Source: Williopsis jadinii (Eukaryota). Taken from it: 64,000 nt of DNA. Positions within the stretch are counted from its first letter, which is position 1. Each line of letters starts with the position of its first letter. Shown piece after piece: positions 57,801 to 64,000 of the stretch. Where the stretch lies: assembly GCA_024346625.1 (NCBI GenBank), contig AP024667.1, positions 1,364,001 to 1,428,000 on the forward strand. The letters run 5' to 3'. Position numbers and translations under genes: made by a program. Below the pieces are notes generated by a model. It searched no databases and was not told the origin of the DNA. It worked only from the letters and a program-made list of their open reading frames with translations.

Positions 57801-59879
57801 TGAACCCTAAGACATAAAATTATATTGTAATTACAACACAACAGGCATGCTAGGGGGTACATACTGTTCTAAAGCTGCAATATGAGCTAGGCAAGTGAGT
57901 TCGTACATTGGAAGATCTCATCCGTGCCCCCTAGATCTGGGCTTCTGTTGATTGAGAAAGTATATTGCTGTAAGGGTTGAATACGAGTATTTTTTTTGAG
58001 AGTTAGAATGTATCAAAAGGATTCTACGTCTACCGTTCGTTGCAAAGATGAAAAAAGCTGAACGAATCAAATTTGATACGGTTTATTTACTATATTAGCT
58101 GTATCATTGACATTCTTCATGTGAATTAGCCTTCATTGTATGGACTCTGGGATCGAGTCTTAATACCAACAGAATAAAACACAGTCAATAATCACTCAAC
58201 ACTGTAATGATGACTCAAATTTAGTATTCAATGTGCATTTATCAAGACGTTTCTTGGTTTGATGTAAGCTCCTCAGGTGACTCATGTGATTTACGAAGTC
58301 ACATATCTGTTGAACGCGTGTTTCGTATCTATTTTTTCTTTTTCGTGTCTGGTTCTTTGCATGTATCTCAAAGTCAGAATTCCGAATAATGAATGCTGAA
58401 GTGAACGGGGCTTGAAGTTAATTGTGTATCATAGAATAGCACTTTTCGTCTGTTTTTGACCATTATTAGGGCAAGACTTGGGACTGGAATGCCTGCTTGA
58501 AGCCTGTTATTGTGGAAGTACATTCTACAACAAAACCATGGTAATATATCTGACCCTAAAGTCATAGTAAAAAACACGAGAATCCACTTAACACCAAAGA
58601 CACCGTGTTGTTGCTTTACAATCTAATACACAATCAAGGACTAGGACTGTGGTACTCTAAACCGGTTTGTTCAACTGAGGTGACCATACAAGCATTCCAA
58701 TGCCCAGTGGTTGGAAATATGAGGCGATCTTAGAGTTCGCTGGGAATTTGCAGGACCGGAAAGCGTGCACCAAAACATTGGAAGACTGATTAGGATTTAA
58801 AATTTTGACCTGCGTATATTCTGCTCACACTGATGACGGAACTCTTTGTAAAACGCACCAACGCCTGCAAGCGCTTTACAAAAGTGGAATATTCTTGAGT
58901 CTTGTGTTTACGTTTCTGTGTGTTGCTATAATGATTATTTTTCTAAAAGAAAGCAGGAAGACTGAAAAAGGGAGTATTGTACTTTACACTTTCTATCCTC
59001 ATCTTACATATTATTGGAAGTAACCGTCAAGTATAATCTATATGAGTCTATCAGTCGTCGGGATTACAGTATAACAGGGAGTTCATGGCCAATCTAGAAA
59101 CTTCATCACCAAGAAACGCTCTTGCTGTTTTGCATCAAACTGTAAATACTCCTTCATAGGATGGACATACGGACACATTATGACATAATATTTTATATCA
59201 AGCAGACAACTTGATCATTTACATTGATAACTAACAAGCTAAAAGAAAGGCACCTCAAACCTATGGAAAATGGGTAAAAGCAGACTGTGTAAATTGTCTT
59301 TGTACATTCATATGGATTGTTTTGAGGGTACCAATCGATCTAAAGCATGGGAACGGTAAAGAGGACTACAGTAATATTAGTTGACGTGCTAGAAAAGATG
59401 AGGAACACAGGTCACGACAAGGGTGAAAGATTTCATGGAATAATCCATGGAAGAATCCAAACCACTAAACGTACGAAAAACGGATTTAGGAATAGTTGCT
59501 GTGTCTGCTGGTGTTGAAGTATATGTTCAGTTCTGCTAGGACTGACATTTTTAGGGCACAACCGTACAACTATACTGTTCAACTTCATGATACTGTGGAA
59601 TGAAGCGGCCACAATTGCTCTTAGTTGTACCATGCCAGAATGAATCAATCCACGCGAAGAAAAGGGATAAAATGATTTGCTGGTTCGGATGTTTAGTCAC
59701 GCCTAAACTCAGATGCTGGTCTTTTCAGAGCATTGAACAAACTGTTTGCCTGTGATGATTGTCGGCTTCAATGGTGACAAGGAACTGAAACTCCTTGTAG
59801 AAGAAAAGAAAATGAAGTATAAGAATGTTATTTTTGAATGTTTCTACAGGTGATGATCTGTAATGTTTTGACCTAAGCA

Positions 59880-60140
59880 ACCTTTTCTTTCATTCAAGAT
59901 CCAAAGTATCGGCATCTGGAGTCATGTTGTTTGCTTTGAATCCAAGATATATCACTACATTAGGCTTTATTGAATATATCCTAATCAAGATTGGGATATC
60001 ATTGGGTAATTAGTATCTCGAAAACCAAGACAAACCGTAACTCTTTTATTTTTTGAGGATGTCTAACCTATTTCCCAACAAGAGTAGACCCTTACACTGT
60101 CGATTAATCACATCATCAAGAGCGCACAAGTACTTAACGT
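59880..60140 (-). mobile_element. Possible highly decayed reverse-transcriptase relic (non-LTR-like)
   Basis: Minus-strand fragments CALDDVI..., LDILKK*KSYGL..., VIYLGFK in RT-like order, with frameshifts. Confidence 0.25.
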
Positions 60141-62749
60141 CATCATGGGAGTTAGACTGACATTCATTCAGAGTACTTTATAGTAGCTTTTAAAACTCTC
60201 TCTCATTTCATCAGTATCTTTCAATGATAATTCTGTTAACTCACGAAAAAAAGTTTCAGAACTATCCGCTCAGAACAAATGGTGTTATTCACAGTGATAA
60301 TAACAGCAAAGTTAGGCACAATCCCATCCACCCAATCGAGATTCTCAGAGGTGGGTTGCTGGCTACTCAGATTCTCTTCATAACACCATATAGGTCTTCG
60401 TAGTTGTAAATGTTTTGGCCGGCTTGGGTTACATCAGGATGCGTTGTTTTGCTTACATTTTCTGGAAGACAACAAGATTCTCTGCTTTCCGCAAATCCAT
60501 AATTGGAATGTGTAAATCTATGAGGAAATTGTTAAATTTTACTATTTTTAGTACTCGTTTTCTATAATTACTTAGCTAAAAAGTTTGTGGAAAAGTTTGT
60601 AATTTCCAAAACTTCAAGTTACCAATGAGCTTTATTTACACAGAAGGATAACCAAGTCAAGTCTTTAGCTGCGTTACGACGAGGAAACAGTACAAAATCC
60701 ATAATTAGGCTAACATCATATCGAATGCGCTAATAGTGCATTATAGATGGGACCACAATGCGCTTGCGTGTTAATTCTGTGTGGATACATTCGTAGACAT
60801 TATCGATATAGGCGATATGCATAGACATGCAAGCCTAATGAAACCACAAACTGAAGATTTCAGGAATCGAGAAAATGACAAGGAAGAAAACACAAAGTTT
60901 TATGGAGATGATAAAGCGCTTTATAGAGGTTATTTCACGAAGGTCAGTGGTCCCTGTTTTTGTCCTCACAAGTGGAAAACATTCTTCCATGGGTGTCAAT
61001 ATTTTGATAGAGGAGAACTTTCAAACTGAGAAGTTCATACTAACTGGCAACATGCGAAAGCTGATGTAACATATTAACAGAATTTATGCAAAGAGCTGCA
61101 AAGGATTTCATGCATGCTTAGCGGCAGACAGCATTAAATTTGTCATGCATCCGAGATGCTCTTGTTAAAGCTAGTACTCAGCCCGATGGTACCGGTTTTT
61201 TGTATTTCTTTTGATGCGCTACATAAGATGTGTGTTTAAAGATGTGTTTAGCAATATGTCAATGAAAACAACCATGCTTTTAACAAAAGAGGCGTACGTG
61301 ATGATTAAACAGTAAATATTTTCCCAGTTTAGTCTGCAGCAATTTAGACTATTAGGAATTCAATAGAGGTGTAATTTTGGTCGTACTAAATCCAACTCTC
61401 CTGGTGCCTAAAACAATTAATACTTATTAAATACAATGCTTAGTAGCATTCCCAGTATGTATACATAGAACCTTCAACAGTTGCACGAAGCTTGACGAAG
61501 GCTTGATATATTTTTCTTTTGAAGGGTTTTGCTCGTATGAAAATCTTATTGAAATTATTGGGGCGAATAAAGTTGTACGATTTGCGACTCATTATAACTT
61601 TCAGGTGCTTCTGGAATGAAGCAGGATTTCATATTTACCGCTGTCACAATTTGCTGCCGGCGTGACTGTTCCGAACAAGGCATCGACAACTACCAACCAC
61701 CAACTTATAAAGTTCTTGAACATAAACCTTGTTTAAACGTACATCCATCACGCTGCAGGTTAACTGCAGAGTCAAATCGAGTATGATAAAAGATCATAAT
61801 TTGAACATTATCGAATGTTTTTTATTACATTTGTATATTAAGTATTGTCACTAAAAATGGCCTTGTCTTATTGGTCTACAAACTGCTATTTTGACGAAGG
61901 TTTATACTGACCTGCATTACTCGTTTCAGTCGTCTCATTGATAAAATTCCCAAAAATTGTACTTGAGTTTTCATCTTAGCCACTAATTGGTTTTCAAAAA
62001 AAGTAATGAATATAGTTACTTAGGGAAAACTGCATTACTTAGATTGTTTGTATTCTGGTTTTAGGATCAATATGAAAATAATAATAAAGTCATACTTTTA
62101 ACATCAACGTCTTAATTTAAGAATCTATCGGCACTATAAAGAAAGAATATATTCAAGGAATTTGGAAAGATGTGAAACACGGATAAAATGAGATAGTCTA
62201 ACTAAAAGACAATCCGCAAAAACAAGAACGGGAATCAAAGCCTTTGAAAATTTTCCAGATGGGTCCGTTTAGTTCACTACCGCAATACAGAAACAGAAGT
62301 ATCATCTTATTTACGAATACGGAGGTTCTGTATAGTCACGAGTAATAGGGAAATAAAGGTGAGTGTCCTAAGTTGCGTTTACTTGAAACAGATTCCAGAT
62401 ACAGCTACATAAAGTACAACCCATAAATTCCTCTATTTCGCTAATGAGGCCATAATACAAAACCTATAGATCCAGCTAGATAAATTCTATTCTATGGAGA
62501 CCATCTGTAAAAATGATTGTGGTTCCTGTACGTTGAGTGCATTAACTAACAGTACATCCCAAGAAGTAAATCATCACTGAAGGCTGGCAATGATATGTAA
62601 CATCATTCTTAGATTATTCTCTGTGTCTTGTCCGTTCGTAAATTCTTGTACTATTAACACAGTGAACAGTCATCTATAAGAGGGTTATTACAGATAATTC
62701 TATTACGCCTCCAATAACTTTGACCAACCTTATTCCAGTTTCAGTACAG

Positions 62750-63840
62750 ACCAATACCTCGCGTTAAAACTTCTAACAAATCCAGAGACATATACCATCC
62801 GTCTGGTTGGAAAACACTCATTAATGAAGAGTATCAAATCATTCTTTTGTAACAGCAATACCTTTTGAAAAGAGGCGCGTTCTTGATTGATAGTGTAATG
62901 GTCGCCCTAAAAATACAAGTACATGCGGACTGACACAGACATTAACTTGTCCAGTACCGAGGCTGTGGTATGGGCGAATCGTGATACTTTCCAGGCTGTT
63001 GATTTAAAATGGGGTTCGGTCATACTATCAATGTATTCTGGTTTTCTTGTAAACGTTCATTGGGAGGCTAGAACATTCCAGCCACAGAGGACTTTATGGC
63101 TCGGTTTGGTGAAGCATGAATGTACCTCCACGTCCGGTCCAGTTTCTAGAAAGTCTTCAAATTCTATTTCCTTTGCATTTGAAGTTCGTAATAGCTATGG
63201 GCGTGCAGTACAATCTATGCTCCGTGTCCAACTTTCAAATTATACATTATGAGTACCCCAGACCTGGTCTTTGTGTACATTTGTGTGCGTTTTATGAGCC
63301 TTCAGATTACTGACCAATCCATGAAGACTTTTATTCAAAGGCTGTTGGTACTGTGTATGAGAATAGTATTGCTAAACCGAACATGATGTTGCCCTATCAT
63401 TCTCTAGAATATTCCTGGATCGTGTTGAGAAAAAGGAAAATTTCCCAGAGTATAGTTCGTATCATCACATTAACAGCTGGAGATGGTGTTAACTTTGAAT
63501 TCAACAATTGTGAGAGGTTATTTCATGGCTGGTGATACAAAAAAGTTTTACAACTTCTTGAACACCTATGCGTCCGTTTTGGAACTCCGCATTCCTTTGA
63601 GAAAGGAAACAAATATCAAATTTCAACTTTACGAAAAGATCATGCAGTATATTTTCCAATTCTTCTTGTATCAGTCCTTTTCAAGAAGGACTTTTCGTTT
63701 CTCAACATGGCATTTCAAAACGCACTCGTTGAGTATTATTAATACACTGCAAGTCTTCGTAAACCACATTGTAACTAGACACTGCATGTGATGTTTTGTT
63801 GTATAACTTTGAGAAACTTCGAAATTCTTGTAAGACAGGC
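62750..63840 (-). pseudogene. Decayed copy B; stop-interrupted minus-strand reading frame of unknown family
   Basis: Homologous to copy A over ~62750-63340. Minus frame reads ..GLIQEELENILHDLFVKLKFDICF..VVNFFVSPAMK*PLTIVEFKV.. with scattered stops. Confidence 0.5.
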
Positions 63841-64000
63841 TCTATGTTGGACCTCAGAGAAATCTAGAAATCTTTGCACTTGCCGTGTGCTTGTCTAGGT
63901 GCTTCCCGTCTGTCGGAAGTGAAAATGTCAAAAGTTCAGTGCTAGATTCCTTAAGTGGTAATGTCACTAAAGTTATTGAAATAATTTAAACTAATAGTTT

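Noticed and set aside
1..64000. Alternative CUG decoding (Ser or Ala)
   Set aside because: CTG codons fall at conserved Leu positions (RPT5 TVFLP, ARC35 IQLFR, MRPS12 SPDLD), and neither tRNA-Ser has a CAG anticodon.

Overview
Budding-yeast (Saccharomycotina) genomic DNA using the standard code: CTG aligns with conserved Leu in RPT5, ARC35 and MRPS12. Positions 1.3-49 kb are gene-dense and keep ancestral yeast synteny blocks: YSA1-SUS1-CYC8; UTP30...YUR1/KTR2-RPB4; and EGO2-FUB1, SOL1/2, PTC6, RSM19, DBP6, MRPS12, ARC35, PAT1. The window also holds THI5, PDH1, RPT5, CDC40, two tRNA-Ser genes, a secreted acid phosphatase and a GNT1-like gene. Positions ~50-64 kb are AT-richer and almost gene-free, with an adhesin pseudogene, a lone Zn2Cys6 gene and decayed duplicated relics. 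The main finding is two related, inverted, decayed Helitron (rolling-circle transposon) copies at ~40.2-42.0 kb (-) and ~49.0-50.4 kb (+). Copy 1 retains Rep motifs FLTFTANP and EFQKRGLPHIH, and the two copies share a 5' region and a 3' hairpin plus CTAN end. To my knowledge this class is rarely reported in budding yeasts. Also found by hand, and absent or only partial in the ORF track: spliced SUS1, EGO2 and RSM19 genes and a 49-aa signal-anchor-like microprotein ORF. Gene names come from recalled similarity to S. cerevisiae proteins and synteny; no database search was run.
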